NCBI GenBank assembly: GCA_963717965.1
Contig: CAVQXS010000001.1
Location: forward strand, 2,755-66,754
Direction of reading: 5' to 3'
Length of the DNA: 64,000 nucleotides
DNA from: an uncultured Thermoleophilia bacterium
GTDB taxonomy: Bacteria > Actinomycetota > Thermoleophilia > UBA2241
The notes beneath the pieces are model-generated. The model was given only the letters and a program-made list of their open reading frames with translations. It was not told where the DNA came from and ran no database searches. A program made the translations under genes and the position numbers. Position 1 is the first letter of the stretch, and each line of letters opens with the position of its first letter. Shown here piece after piece: positions 49,791-61,626 of this stretch.

Positions 49791-51093
49791 TCAGAACTCG
49801 AGCTTCTCCAGCCGCCCGAAGATCACGTCGCGGCCGGCGCGGTACTGATCCGGGTCCATGGCGGCGTCGATCTCCTTCGCCGTCATCACCTGCATCGCCT
49901 CGTCGTTCTGCTTGATGAGCAGCCCGAAGTCGACGCCTTCACGCCAGGCGTGCATCGCCGCGTCCTGCACGACGCGGTAGGCGTCCTCGCGCAGCATGCC
50001 CTTGTCGACGAGGGCCAGCAGGACCGCCCCGCTGAAGACGAGGCGGTAGCTCTGGCCCAGGTTCGCCAGCATGCGTTCCTCGTCGACGACGAGTGTGTCG
50101 ACGAGCCTGGTGAACTTCTGCAGCATGTAGTCGAGGAGGATCGTGCTGTCCGGCAGCACGATGCGCTCGGCGGAGCTGTGGCTGATGTCGCGCTCGTGCC
50201 AGAGGGCGACGTTCTCCATGCCCACGAGCGCGTTGCCGCGCAGCACGCGCGCGCAGCCGGCCATGCGCTCGCTGAGGATCGGGTTGCGCTTGTGGGGCAT
50301 CGCCGACGACCCCTTCTGGCCCTTGCCGAACGCCTCCTCGGCCTCACGCACCTCGGTGCGCTGCAGGTGCCGCACCTCGGTCGCGAACTTCTCGATGCTC
50401 GAGCCGATGATGGCGATGCAGGCGAGGAAGGCGGCGTGACGGTCGCGCTGCACGACCTGGTTGCTGATCGGCTCGCGGCCGATGCCGAGCTCTTCGCAGA
50501 CGAGGTCCTCGACCCGCGGGTCGATGTTGTTGTAGGCGCCGACGGCGCCGCTGATCTTGCCGACCGAGGCGTTCACCGTGACGACGCGCATGCGTTTGAG
50601 GTGACGGCTGACCTCGAACGCCCAGATGCCGAGCTTCATGCCGAAGGTGATGGGCTCGGCGTGGATGCCGTGCGTGCGCCCCACCTCGACAGCGTCCCGG
50701 AACTCGAAGGCGCGCCGCTTGAGCACCTCGCCCAGCGCGACGAGGTCGCGCTCGAGGAGCAGCCCGGCGCGCTGGATCTGCAAGCGCCAGCGCCGTGTCG
50801 AGCATGTCGCTGCTCGTCATCCCGTAGTGCACGTACTTGCTGGCGTCGCCGACGTACTCGGCGACGTTGGTGAGGAAGGCGATGACGTCGTGGTTGGTCG
50901 TCGCCTCGATCTCGTTGACGCGGGCGACGTCGAAGGCGGCCTTGGCCTCGATCTCGGCGACCGCGTCGTGCGGCACCTTGCCGAGCTTCTCCCAGGCCTT
51001 CACGGCGGCGATCTCGACGTCGAGCCAGGCCTGCATCCTGGCCTCGTCGGTCCAGATCGCGCCCATCTCAGGGAGCGTGTAGCGCTCGATCAT
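49791..51093 (-). CDS. purB: Adenylosuccinate lyase; one frame change near 50782
   Basis: MIERYTLPEMGAIWTDEARMQAWLDVE...GMTSSDMLDTALAL is in one frame. QIQRAGLLLERDL...GSSAMPHKRNP... is in the next. The junction lies at a 2-nt homopolymer. Confidence 0.9.
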
Positions 51094-51338
51094 CGCGTGC
51101 CCTCCGCCGCCGCTGGCGTCACGGACCGGCCGGGCCCCGGCCGCCTCCGTCTGTCGTCGGCGCGATTCTCTCACACCGGCCCGGCGGACGGGGGGCGAGC
51201 GCGGCGGGTGCGACGGGTCGTGCGGGCGCCGGCGGGGCCGTGCCGGCCCGGCGCCCTCTGGCGCCGCGCGCCCGTCGGGTTCAGAATCGAAGAAGAGGCG
51301 GCGGCGCTGCCGCAGGCACGGACAGGGAGGGTGACGAG

Positions 51339-51611
51339 ATGCCGACGGACGAGGAGCTCCGCGAGGCGGCCATCAAGGCGGTCAAGAGGAAGCGAGACTT
51401 CTGGAACCACGTTGTCGTCTACTGCGTCGTCAACCTCTTCATCATCTTCATCTGGTACGTGAGCGGCCACGGCTACTTCTGGCCGGTGTGGGTCCTGGCC
51501 GGCTGGGGCATCGGCCTCGCCTTCAACGCCTGGGACGCCTACGGGCGCGGCAACCGGCCCATCACCGAGGACGAGATCCAGCGGGAGATGGACCGGATAC
51601 GCCGCGGCTGA
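51339..51611 (+). CDS. 2TM-domain small membrane protein
   Basis: 90 aa with KRKRDFWNHVVVYCVVNLFIIFIWYVSGHGYFWPVWVLAGWGIGLAFNAW. GGGAGGG lies upstream. Confidence 0.7.
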   Translation: MPTDEELREAAIKAVKRKRDFWNHVVVYCVVNLFIIFIWYVSGHGYFWPVWVLAGWGIGLAFNAWDAYGRGNRPITEDEIQREMDRIRRG

Positions 51612-51648
51612 GCCCGGCGGTCCGGCCGGATTGCGGCGGCCGCCGGGC
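51612..51648. terminator. Hairpin between convergent genes
   Basis: gcccggcgg ... ccgccgggc, a 9-bp stem with a 19-nt loop. No clear U-tract. Confidence 0.35.
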
Positions 51649-51656
51649 GGGCGTGG

Positions 51657-52304
51657 TCAGTCGCCGATGGTGCTGCCGTCCGAGAGGTGCCCGACCAGCG
51701 AGTACTGCGTGCCGCCGGCGACCTGCCTGTAGGTGTAGTCGCCCTTGCCCTCGCCGGGCTGCATCGGCTCGCCGGTGAACAGGTTGTTCGGCCACGAGGT
51801 CATCCCGCCGAGCATCCCGGTCGGCGTCACCTCGGACGCGGGCGGGTACTTCTTGCCGCCGCCCTGCTTCCACATGGCGAGGGCCCGGCGGATGGCGTCG
51901 AGGCCGAAGCCGACGGCCGCGTCGGCATACTGCGTCTCGCTGACTCGCTTCAGCGCGGTCTTCTCGGGCGTCTTGAGGACCTCGCCCGAGAGCTCGAGGG
52001 TGAGCTTGTCGGTGCCCGCCGGAAGGAGGCTCATCGTGACGGAATGCGTGTCGACGACCAACGCATCGCCCTTCACGGTGGGTGCGGGGGCCTCGAAGTC
52101 CGGGTTGGCGAGGATCTTGTAGGAGCCGCCTTCCTTGACGACGTGGACGAGCTTCATCTCCTTCTGCCCGCCCCCGATCCAGTAGCCCACGAACGGGTCG
52201 TCCTCGGCCGACCCGCCGCAGCCCGCGAGCACCGCGGCGGCGAGCAGGGCGGCGGCGAGCAGGAACGGAAGGGCGACGCGCGCGCGAGTGGACCTTCCGC
52301 GCAC
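51657..52304 (-). CDS. Lipoprotein with a beta-rich module plus a pilin-like module
   Basis: Lipobox AAVLAGCGG. Then DDPFVGYWIGGGQKEMKL... and WPNNLFTGEPMQPGEGKGDYTYRQVAGGTQYSLVGHLSDG. GTG start is approximate. Confidence 0.6.
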   Translation of the reverse strand: MRGRSTRARVALPFLLAAALLAAAVLAGCGGSAEDDPFVGYWIGGGQKEMKLVHVVKEGGSYKILANPDFEAPAPTVKGDALVVDTHSVTMSLLPAGTDKLTLELSGEVLKTPEKTALKRVSETQYADAAVGFGLDAIRRALAMWKQGGGKKYPPASEVTPTGMLGGMTSWPNNLFTGEPMQPGEGKGDYTYRQVAGGTQYSLVGHLSDGSTIGD

Positions 52305-52305
52305 C

Positions 52306-52686
52306 TCAGCCACGGTACGCGACTGCCTCGATCTCGACGTGGAGCTCCTTGGGGAGGCGCGCCACCTCGACGGTGGAGCGCGCCGGGTACGGCTCCGCGA
52401 AGAACTCGGCGTACACCTCGTTGACGGCGCCGAACTCGTCCATGTCCTTGAGGAAGATGGTCGTCTTGACCACGTCGGCGAGCGTGAGGCCCGCTGCCGC
52501 CAGCGTCGCCTTGAGGTTCTCGAGGGCCTTCCTCGTCTGGTCCTTGGGCGTGTAGCCGACGATCTTGCCGTCCGGGTCCAGCGGGATCTGGCCGGAGACG
52601 AAGACGAAATCGCCGACGCCGACGGCGGGCGAGTAGGGGCCGACGGCGGGGGCGCCGTCGGGCGACGCGAACACCTGCTTCTCCAT
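52306..52686 (-). CDS. ridA: RidA/YjgF-family reactive-intermediate deaminase
   Basis: 126 aa with APAVGPYSPAV, FVSGQIPLDP, TTIFLKDMDEF, PARSTVEVARLP. Confidence 0.9.
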   Translation of the reverse strand: MEKQVFASPDGAPAVGPYSPAVGVGDFVFVSGQIPLDPDGKIVGYTPKDQTRKALENLKATLAAAGLTLADVVKTTIFLKDMDEFGAVNEVYAEFFAEPYPARSTVEVARLPKELHVEIEAVAYRG

Positions 52687-52842
52687 GGGGAGCGTCCTTT
52701 CTTCCAGGGCCGGGCGTCAGGCGAGCAGGGCCCGCACGGCCACGTAGGCGAGCGCGACTGCGATGATGAGCACCGCGACGTAGAGGAAGCCCGAGATGGT
52801 CTTCGGACCTGGCGGCTGATCGTTTCTCGGCACCCGTGTCTC

Positions 52843-53223
52843 TCAGTAGCGTTGCGCGATGGCGGCCACCTGGAGCCGCGCACCGCCGGGCAACCATGGT
52901 ACACCGGCGAGCGTGACGGCGGGATACGGCGGGACGAAGCGGGCCTCGAGGGCGGCGTCGACGGAGGCCCGGTCGGCCTGGTCGACCAGGTGGATCTCGA
53001 GGCTGACGACGTCCTCCAGCGAGAGGCCTGTGGAGCGCAGCTGGTGGGCGAGGTTGTCGAGGGCGCGACCGGCCTGCTCGGCGGCGGTCGCGCCCTCGAG
53101 CTCGCCGCGCGCGTCGAGCGGCAGCTGCGCCGAGACGAAGACGAGGTGCCCGGCGGAGATGCCGGGAGAGGCGGCGCCGAAGGGCGGCGGCGCCATGCTC
53201 GACCTGATCGCGTGCCTGCTCAT
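52843..53223 (-). CDS. Second RidA/YjgF-family protein (divergent)
   Basis: MSRHAIRSS...HLVFVSAQLPLD...VSLEIHLVD...AVTLAGVPWLPGGARLQV. Confidence 0.7.
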   Translation of the reverse strand: MSRHAIRSSMAPPPFGAASPGISAGHLVFVSAQLPLDARGELEGATAAEQAGRALDNLAHQLRSTGLSLEDVVSLEIHLVDQADRASVDAALEARFVPPYPAVTLAGVPWLPGGARLQVAAIAQRY

Positions 53224-53279
53224 GGGCCGAGTGTTCCCCACTCCGGCGCAAAGGGGCACGGCGGCCGCGCCGGCGCGGC

Positions 53280-53729
53280 TCAGAGATCGAGGATCTTCGC
53301 CGCGAGGATCGCGGCGTTGCGCGCGCCGTTGATGGCCACGCAGGCCACCGGCACGCCCGGCGGCATCTGCACGATGCTGAGCAGCGAGTCGAGGCCGCCG
53401 AGGTCGCTGGTCTTGATGGGCACGCCGATCACCGGCAGGTCGGTGTAGGCGGCCAGCACGCCGGGCAGGGCCGCCGCCTTGCCGGCGCCGCCGATGAGCA
53501 CCTTGAGCCCGCGGCTCTGCGCCGTCTTCGCGTAGTGCGCCACCTTCTCCGGGTCGCGGTGCGCCGAGAGCACGCTGAGCTCGTACTTGATCTTGCGCTC
53601 GTCGAGCTCGGCCGCGGCCTTCTCCATCACCTCGCGGTCGCTCTCGCTGCCCATGACGATGCCGACCAGCACAGGGTCCATCTCGATGCCCTGGAGGATC
53701 GTCTCGACCTCGGTCCTGGTCTCTTCCAC
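53280..53729 (-). CDS. purE: N5-carboxyaminoimidazole ribonucleotide mutase
   Basis: [46 protein letters not shown]. The GTG is preceded by AGGAGAGG. ATG 53681 is an alternative start. Confidence 0.9.
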   Translation of the reverse strand: MEETRTEVETILQGIEMDPVLVGIVMGSESDREVMEKAAAELDERKIKYELSVLSAHRDPEKVAHYAKTAQSRGLKVLIGGAGKAAALPGVLAAYTDLPVIGVPIKTSDLGGLDSLLSIVQMPPGVPVACVAINGARNAAILAAKILDL

Positions 53730-53786
53730 GTCACCTCTCCTTTGACGGCGGCGCGGCGGCACAGCGCGCCCGCGCCGCCCAGGCCT

Positions 53787-55103
53787 TCAGCCGGCGAACC
53801 CGGCCGGGAACAGATCGAGCTCGCCGGCGCGCGCCTTGACGGCGCGCTCGGCGATGTCGGGACGCACCTGCATGCCGTCGAAGCCGATCTTGCCGACGGC
53901 CTCGTAGGCGCGCTCGCGGGCGGCGGCGAAGCCGTCGCCGAGCGCGCTCACCGCGAGCACGCGGCCGCCGGCGGTGACGACCTGACCGTCCCGGAGCGCC
54001 GTGCCGGCGTGATAGACGGTCACATCTTCCAGCGCGGCGGCCGCGTCGAGCCCGTCGATCACGTCGCCCTTGTGGCTGCTCGCCGGGTAGCCGCCGGAGG
54101 CGAGCACGACGGTGACGCAGTCCTGCGGCCTCCAGAGCACCTTGGAGCCGCCGAGCTCGCCGTTGGCGGCGGCGGCGCAGAGCTCGAGCAGGTCGCAGTC
54201 GAGGCGCGGCAGCACCGCCTGCGTCTCGGGGTCGCCGAAGCGGCAGTTGAACTCGAGCACCTTGACGCCGGCCTCCGTCACGATCAGGCCGGCGTACAGC
54301 ACGCCGCGATACGGGATGCCCCGCCGGCGCAGCGCCGCGACGACCGGCTCCACCACCTGCTCCATGGCCGCGTCGATCGCCTTCTGCTCGAACCCCGGCA
54401 CCGGGCAGTAGCTGCCCATGCCGCCGGTGTTCGGCCCCTGGTCGCCGGCGAAGATGCGCTTGTAGTCCTGGGCCGGCGCGAGCGGCACCGCGTCGGCGCC
54501 GTCGCAGAGCACGAGCAGCGAGACCTCGGAGCCGGTGAGGTACTCCTCGGTGATGAGCACGTCGCCGGCGGCGCCGAACTCGCGTGCGACGAAGCAGGCG
54601 TGCACGGCGGCGCGCGCCTCGCCCTTGTCCTTGCAGATGAGCACGCCCTTGCCGGCGGCGAGGCCGTCGGCCTTGACCACCAGCGGGTAGTCGTCGCGGC
54701 TCTCGACGTCGGCGAGCGCCGGCTCGAGCCGCTCGTGCCGCCGGTACGCGCCCGTGGGGACGCCGCCGGCGGCCATGATCTCCTTGGCGAACGCCTTGCT
54801 GCCCTCCAGCCGCGCGGCCTCCTTGTTGGGGCCGAAGACGGCGAGGCCGTGCTCCTCGAACAGATCGGTGAGGCCCACGACCAGCGGCGCCTCGGGGCCG
54901 ATCACCGTGAGGTCGACCTCCTCGCGGCTGGCGAAGTCGAGCAACGCCGGGAGGTCGTCGGCGGCGATCGGGATGTTGTCGGCCTCAGCCGCGGTGCCGG
55001 CGTTGCCCGGGGCGCAGAAGATGCGCTCCGCGAGCGGGGACTGGGCGAAGGAATGGACGAGGGCGTGCTCTCTGCCGCCGCCGCCCACCACGAGCACGCG
55101 CAT
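53787..55103 (-). CDS. purD: Phosphoribosylamine--glycine ligase
   Basis: 438 aa with MRVLVVGGGGREHAL, VVKADGLAAGKGV, EFNCRFGDPE. Confidence 0.95.
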   Translation of the reverse strand: MRVLVVGGGGREHALVHSFAQSPLAERIFCAPGNAGTAAEADNIPIAADDLPALLDFASREEVDLTVIGPEAPLVVGLTDLFEEHGLAVFGPNKEAARLEGSKAFAKEIMAAGGVPTGAYRRHERLEPALADVESRDDYPLVVKADGLAAGKGVLICKDKGEARAAVHACFVAREFGAAGDVLITEEYLTGSEVSLLVLCDGADAVPLAPAQDYKRIFAGDQGPNTGGMGSYCPVPGFEQKAIDAAMEQVVEPVVAALRRRGIPYRGVLYAGLIVTEAGVKVLEFNCRFGDPETQAVLPRLDCDLLELCAAAANGELGGSKVLWRPQDCVTVVLASGGYPASSHKGDVIDGLDAAAALEDVTVYHAGTALRDGQVVTAGGRVLAVSALGDGFAAARERAYEAVGKIGFDGMQVRPDIAERAVKARAGELDLFPAGFAG

Positions 55104-55429
55104 GAGGCCTCCGAAGGACGTCTCGCTGGCGCCGGGCGGCGCTGCCGCCGGCCCGGCCCGACGCCCGCAAGTCTACTCGGGCCGGGCACGCCGGGGAAGG
55201 GCCGTGGGGCGGGCCTTGCGGCCCGCCCCGTCACCGTCAGATCGACCTCCGGTAGACGCGGAAGGCGGCGGTCGGCGGCCATTCGCACACGAGCGTCAGA
55301 CCAGCAACCAGTCTGATTGTTAGATTGTCAAATGATAAGTGTGTGGTACCATATCTTGCGTGAACGAACACTGTGGGCTGCGGTCCGCGGCCGATGAGAG
55401 AGCGTTCCCGCCTATCGCCGGGAGGAGAG

Positions 55430-56101
55430 ATGAAGAAGGACGAAGCCCAGCATGCGGCGCTCGTCGACGAGGTCGGCGTCGAGCTCGACGAACTGCGCCG
55501 CGCCGGCGACCAGCTCGACGAAGCCGTGGCTCTGCAGTTCGGGCTCAACCGCACCGATGTGCGCTGCCTCGGCATCCTGTACCGGCGCGGCCGCGTCACG
55601 GCGGGCGAGCTGGCGGAGGAGAGCGGCCTGACGCCGGCGGCGATCACGACGGTGCTGGACCGCCTCGAGCGCGGCGGCTATGCCAACCGGGTCGCCGACC
55701 CGAGCGACCGGCGCCGCGTCCTGGTCGTCTCCACCGTCGCGACGCGCGAGATCGGCGCGCGGATCCAGGGTGAGGTCGAGTTGGCGACCAGGAGCCTGCT
55801 CGATGGCCGGGAGGCCGGGGAGCTGACCGCGATCCGCGACTACCTGCGCGGCACGCGCGGCGTGTACGAGGCACAGATCGCCGCGCTGACGGCGGAGGCG
55901 GCGCCCGGAGCGAGTGCAGCGGGAGGCGCGCGGCCTGACCGTGGGGCTCGTCCTCGGCGCCGGGGGCAAGGCCCGGCCCGGAGAGAGCTCCGCGCCGCTC
56001 GGCGATGTGACCGCCGGGCGGCTCGAGTTCACCAAGGGCGCCGCCAAGGTGGACCTGCGCGGCGACGCCGCCATCGACGGCCTGTACCGGGCGAGCTTTG
56101 A
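55430..56101 (+). CDS. MarR-family transcriptional regulator; 3' end doubtful (Arg-rich tail overlaps the next ORF)
   Basis: MKKDEAQHAAL...LNRTDVRCLGILYRRGRVTAGELAEESGLTPAAITTVLDRLERGGYANRVADPSDRRRVLV. GGGAGGAGAG lies before the ATG. After about residue 155 the sequence becomes low complexity. Confidence 0.7.
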   Translation: MKKDEAQHAALVDEVGVELDELRRAGDQLDEAVALQFGLNRTDVRCLGILYRRGRVTAGELAEESGLTPAAITTVLDRLERGGYANRVADPSDRRRVLVVSTVATREIGARIQGEVELATRSLLDGREAGELTAIRDYLRGTRGVYEAQIAALTAEAAPGASAAGGARPDRGARPRRRGQGPARRELRAARRCDRRAARVHQGRRQGGPARRRRHRRPVPGEL

Positions 56102-56585
56102 GGGCCCCGTCCCCGAGATCACCGTGAACGGCGGCGTCGTGACGGTGCAGCAGCGCCGCCGCTTTCGCCCCTTCGACTGGCGCGCCCAGTCGGCCGCCTT
56201 CAGGCTCTCGACCGCGGTGCCCTGGGACATCTCGCTGCGCGGCGGCATGTGGAAGCTGACCGCCGACCTCAGCGCCCTGCGGGTCACCTCCCTGGAGGTC
56301 GCGGGCGGCGCCAGTGACATCGCGATCACGCTGCCCGCCCCGGCCGGTACGGTGCCGGTGCGCGTATCGGGCGGCGCCAGCAAGGTCGTCCTGCGCCGCC
56401 CCACGGGCGCCGAGGCTCGCGCGGAGGTCAGCGGCGGCGCGACCCAGCTCGTCTTCGACGATCAGCGGCTCGGCGCCGTCGGCGGCCGGACCGTCCTCGC
56501 CTCCGGCGGTTTCGCCGACGCCGCCGACCGCTACGAGATCCGCTTCACCGGCGGTGCGAGCCAGGTCACGGTCACGACCGTCTGA
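55914..56585 (+). CDS. Beta-strand-repeat protein (DUF4097/LiaG-like by pattern)
   Basis: Repetitive ...GGASDIAITLPA...VSGGASKVVLRRP...VSGGATQLVFDD...FTGGASQVTVTT pattern. GTG start lies inside the MarR tail. Confidence 0.5.
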   Translation: MQREARGLTVGLVLGAGGKARPGESSAPLGDVTAGRLEFTKGAAKVDLRGDAAIDGLYRASFEGPVPEITVNGGVVTVQQRRRFRPFDWRAQSAAFRLSTAVPWDISLRGGMWKLTADLSALRVTSLEVAGGASDIAITLPAPAGTVPVRVSGGASKVVLRRPTGAEARAEVSGGATQLVFDDQRLGAVGGRTVLASGGFADAADRYEIRFTGGASQVTVTTV

Positions 56586-56648
56586 CCTCGAGCGGCGGCC
56601 GGAGCGGTTTGTCCACTCCGGCCGCCGCGTCGCGCTCGAGGGTGGCCC

Positions 56649-57641
56649 TCAGGCGGCCCGCAGCCGCCGCTCGTCGCCCTCGGCCTCGTCGGCCGGGACG
56701 GCCGGTGCCTGCTTGCGTCTCCGCCGCCACGCGAAGAACGCGGCGATCGCCGCTCCGCCGCCGATGATCCAGAGGACGGCCACGATCGGCGCGCCGGCGT
56801 ACGGGATCAGCCGCACCAGCTGCGATGCGATGACGCCGACGGTCACCGCCGGCAGCAGGCTGTCGCCGTGATAACCCACGAGCGCCAGCAGGCGCTCGCC
56901 GATGAACGCTCCCATGGCGATGAAGCCGAAGAGGAACACCGCCGGGACGACGATCAGCACCCATGGAATGGCCAGGAGGATGCCGACGATGGTCACGATG
57001 AGCGCCAGCGTGACCAGGGGCACGATCACGAATGCCGTAAGCGCTCCCCAGCCCAGGGACGAGCCGAAGTGCCGCGCGAGCCGTTCTTCGGATGCGCGCG
57101 TCTGCCGCGGCAGCACCGCGGCGACAAGCAGGCCGACCAGCACGAGCAGGACGGTGGAGCCCGCCCAGCCGATCAGCGAAAGCCCGGCGAAGGGGGACGC
57201 GATAGGCCGCCAGAAGCCGGACGTAAAGGCGTTGCGCACCGACGACAGCGTCTCCGTCGTCGTCTTGCCGACCACGGTGGCGCCCGGCGCCGAGGTCAGA
57301 TCCCCGCCGATGACGATGAGCGACGAGTCGCCCGCGCTCGCGGCGGTCCCGAGGCGCGCCGACGGCAGCAGCGTCACATCGGCGCCGATGCCGGCGACCG
57401 TGTAGCGCACGCTGCCGGCGACGGTGATGCTCCCGCCGAAGGCGACCACGCTGTTCGCGGTCGTCCCGGGCGGGACCGTGATGTCCTTGTTGAACTCGAC
57501 GATGTTGCCCACCGACTGCTGGGGAGCGGTCGCCGCCGGCGCGGGCGCCGCCAACGCCAGGATGCCCAGGAGCAGCAGTACGGCGAGCAGCGCGGCGAGC
57601 GCCGCCGCGGAGGTCTTTGAGTTGTGGAGGCGGCCGGTCAT
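56649..57641 (-). CDS. Membrane protein with a bactofilin-like N-terminal beta-helix segment and a polytopic C-terminus
   Basis: 330 aa from MTGRLHNSK (GGGAGG upstream). Signal/TM, then SVVAFGGSITVAGSVRYTVAGIGADVTLL, then 4-5 TM helices. Confidence 0.55.
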   Translation of the reverse strand: MTGRLHNSKTSAAALAALLAVLLLLGILALAAPAPAATAPQQSVGNIVEFNKDITVPPGTTANSVVAFGGSITVAGSVRYTVAGIGADVTLLPSARLGTAASAGDSSLIVIGGDLTSAPGATVVGKTTTETLSSVRNAFTSGFWRPIASPFAGLSLIGWAGSTVLLVLVGLLVAAVLPRQTRASEERLARHFGSSLGWGALTAFVIVPLVTLALIVTIVGILLAIPWVLIVVPAVFLFGFIAMGAFIGERLLALVGYHGDSLLPAVTVGVIASQLVRLIPYAGAPIVAVLWIIGGGAAIAAFFAWRRRRKQAPAVPADEAEGDERRLRAA

Positions 57642-57858
57642 GCCGCACCTCCCTGCTCGGAGATTCTGCGGTGGACCCCCCGCCCTCGCGCGAACGTGGG
57701 CGGGGAATTCCCCGCCCACATGGTTTTCGGCTTCCCGGTGCCACCACGTCTCACGCCGTTGCCCGCGACGGCGACCGGGCGTTCGCCGGGACTGGTGTGA
57801 CGGCGACCCTCGGAGTACCTTGAGGATGAAGCGCACCGGGTCTCGGACAGGAGGAGTC

Positions 57859-59000
57859 ATGGACGCGTCAATCATTCGTCAACGTCGGCTCGTCCTCATC
57901 GCCGCAGTGGTCGCTGCCGCCGTCTGTGCGGCGGCCGTAGCGTTCATCGCCGACGGCACGGCGGCGGCAGAGGCGTCGCCGGTGGCTGCGAAGCGGGCCG
58001 CGACTGAGTCCGTACTCGTCGTGCGCCGCGCCGTCGACCACGACGCTCTCTGGCTCCTCTCACCGGTCGACGGGACGCCGACGGCCGCCGGCGACCTGCC
58101 CGGCTTCGCCGGTTCCGTCGCCGTCTCGCCCGACGGGCAGAACGTCGCCTACCTGCCGGAGAACGGCGGCCCGCGGGTCTGGATCGGACACGGGCCGCTC
58201 GCGCCGAGGACGATCTAGCTGGTCCCCGCCGGTGTGAAGCGCGCCTACTCCTTCTGCTGGATCGACGCCAACCGGCTGCTGGTCTCCGGCGTGACCAGGG
58301 CGAGCGCCGGCTACTACAGCGGCCGGCTCTTCCTGGTGAACGCCGCGACCGGCAAGGTCCGCTCGTTCCGCGATCTCCTCGGGATCGAGCCGAGCGCCGC
58401 CGCGGCCGTCGGCAAGGTCGCGTACGTGAGGATCACGACGCTGGCGGCGGGAACGAGCGGCAGAGGGGCGACGGTTCGCGAGAGCCTCAAGGTGCTCAGC
58501 CTGAGCCACACCGGCTCGGGACGCACGGTATGGGCGGAGCAGTATCAGCTGTTCGCGGCCTACCGCGCCTTCTCGCAGCCACAGGTCTCACCCGACGCCA
58601 CGTGGTTCCTCACGGGCGAGACGGGCAGTGACGTGCGGGTCACCTATGCGATCCGCGATCGATACGGCTACCCGCTGCTGAAGCTCTTCTCGCCGGCGCT
58701 CCAGGCGGGCGCCGGCTGGGACGCCGCGGGGGGGCGGACGGCCTTCGCCGGCGTGACCGACGCGATCGGCGACTCCATCGCGTGCGTCTGGGTGTACGAC
58801 ACGATCGCGGGCTCGCTGACGCGCACGGCGCGCGGCCTGATCCCTCTGCCATGATCGACTCGCTCGCGTGGTCGCCATCGGGGCGGTTCGTCGCCAACAC
58901 CTTCGGGGCGGCCGGCGCCCGGCACAACCTCGTGCTGCCGGGCGACCTCACCTCGGTCACGGACCTGGGCAGGGGCCGGCTGCCCGTGTGGGTGCAGTAG
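57859..59000 (+). CDS. Membrane-anchored beta-propeller (TolB/WD40-like) protein interrupted by in-frame TAG 58216..58218 and a frame change near 58850
   Basis: AGGAGGAG lies before ATG 57859. ORFs 57424..58218 and 58234..58854 share a frame. Blade-like motifs (VSPDGQNVAY, VSPDATWFL, WSPSGRFVA) occur in all three pieces. Confidence 0.55.
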
Positions 59001-59058
59001 CCGGAGCTCCTGAGCGGCGCTGCTTCGGCGCCCGGCTCGATGGCGCGGCGGCGCGCCG

Positions 59059-61623
<2,565 letters not shown>

Positions 61624-61626
61624 GTC

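Noticed and set aside
52717-52833. 38-codon ORF (VPRNDQPPGPKTISGFLYVAVLIIAVALAYVAVRALLA) between the two RidA genes
   Set aside because: It could plausibly be a tiny TM peptide. However, the start is GTG with only a weak purine-rich RBS, and there is no way to test conservation here. The evidence is too thin to call as a feature.
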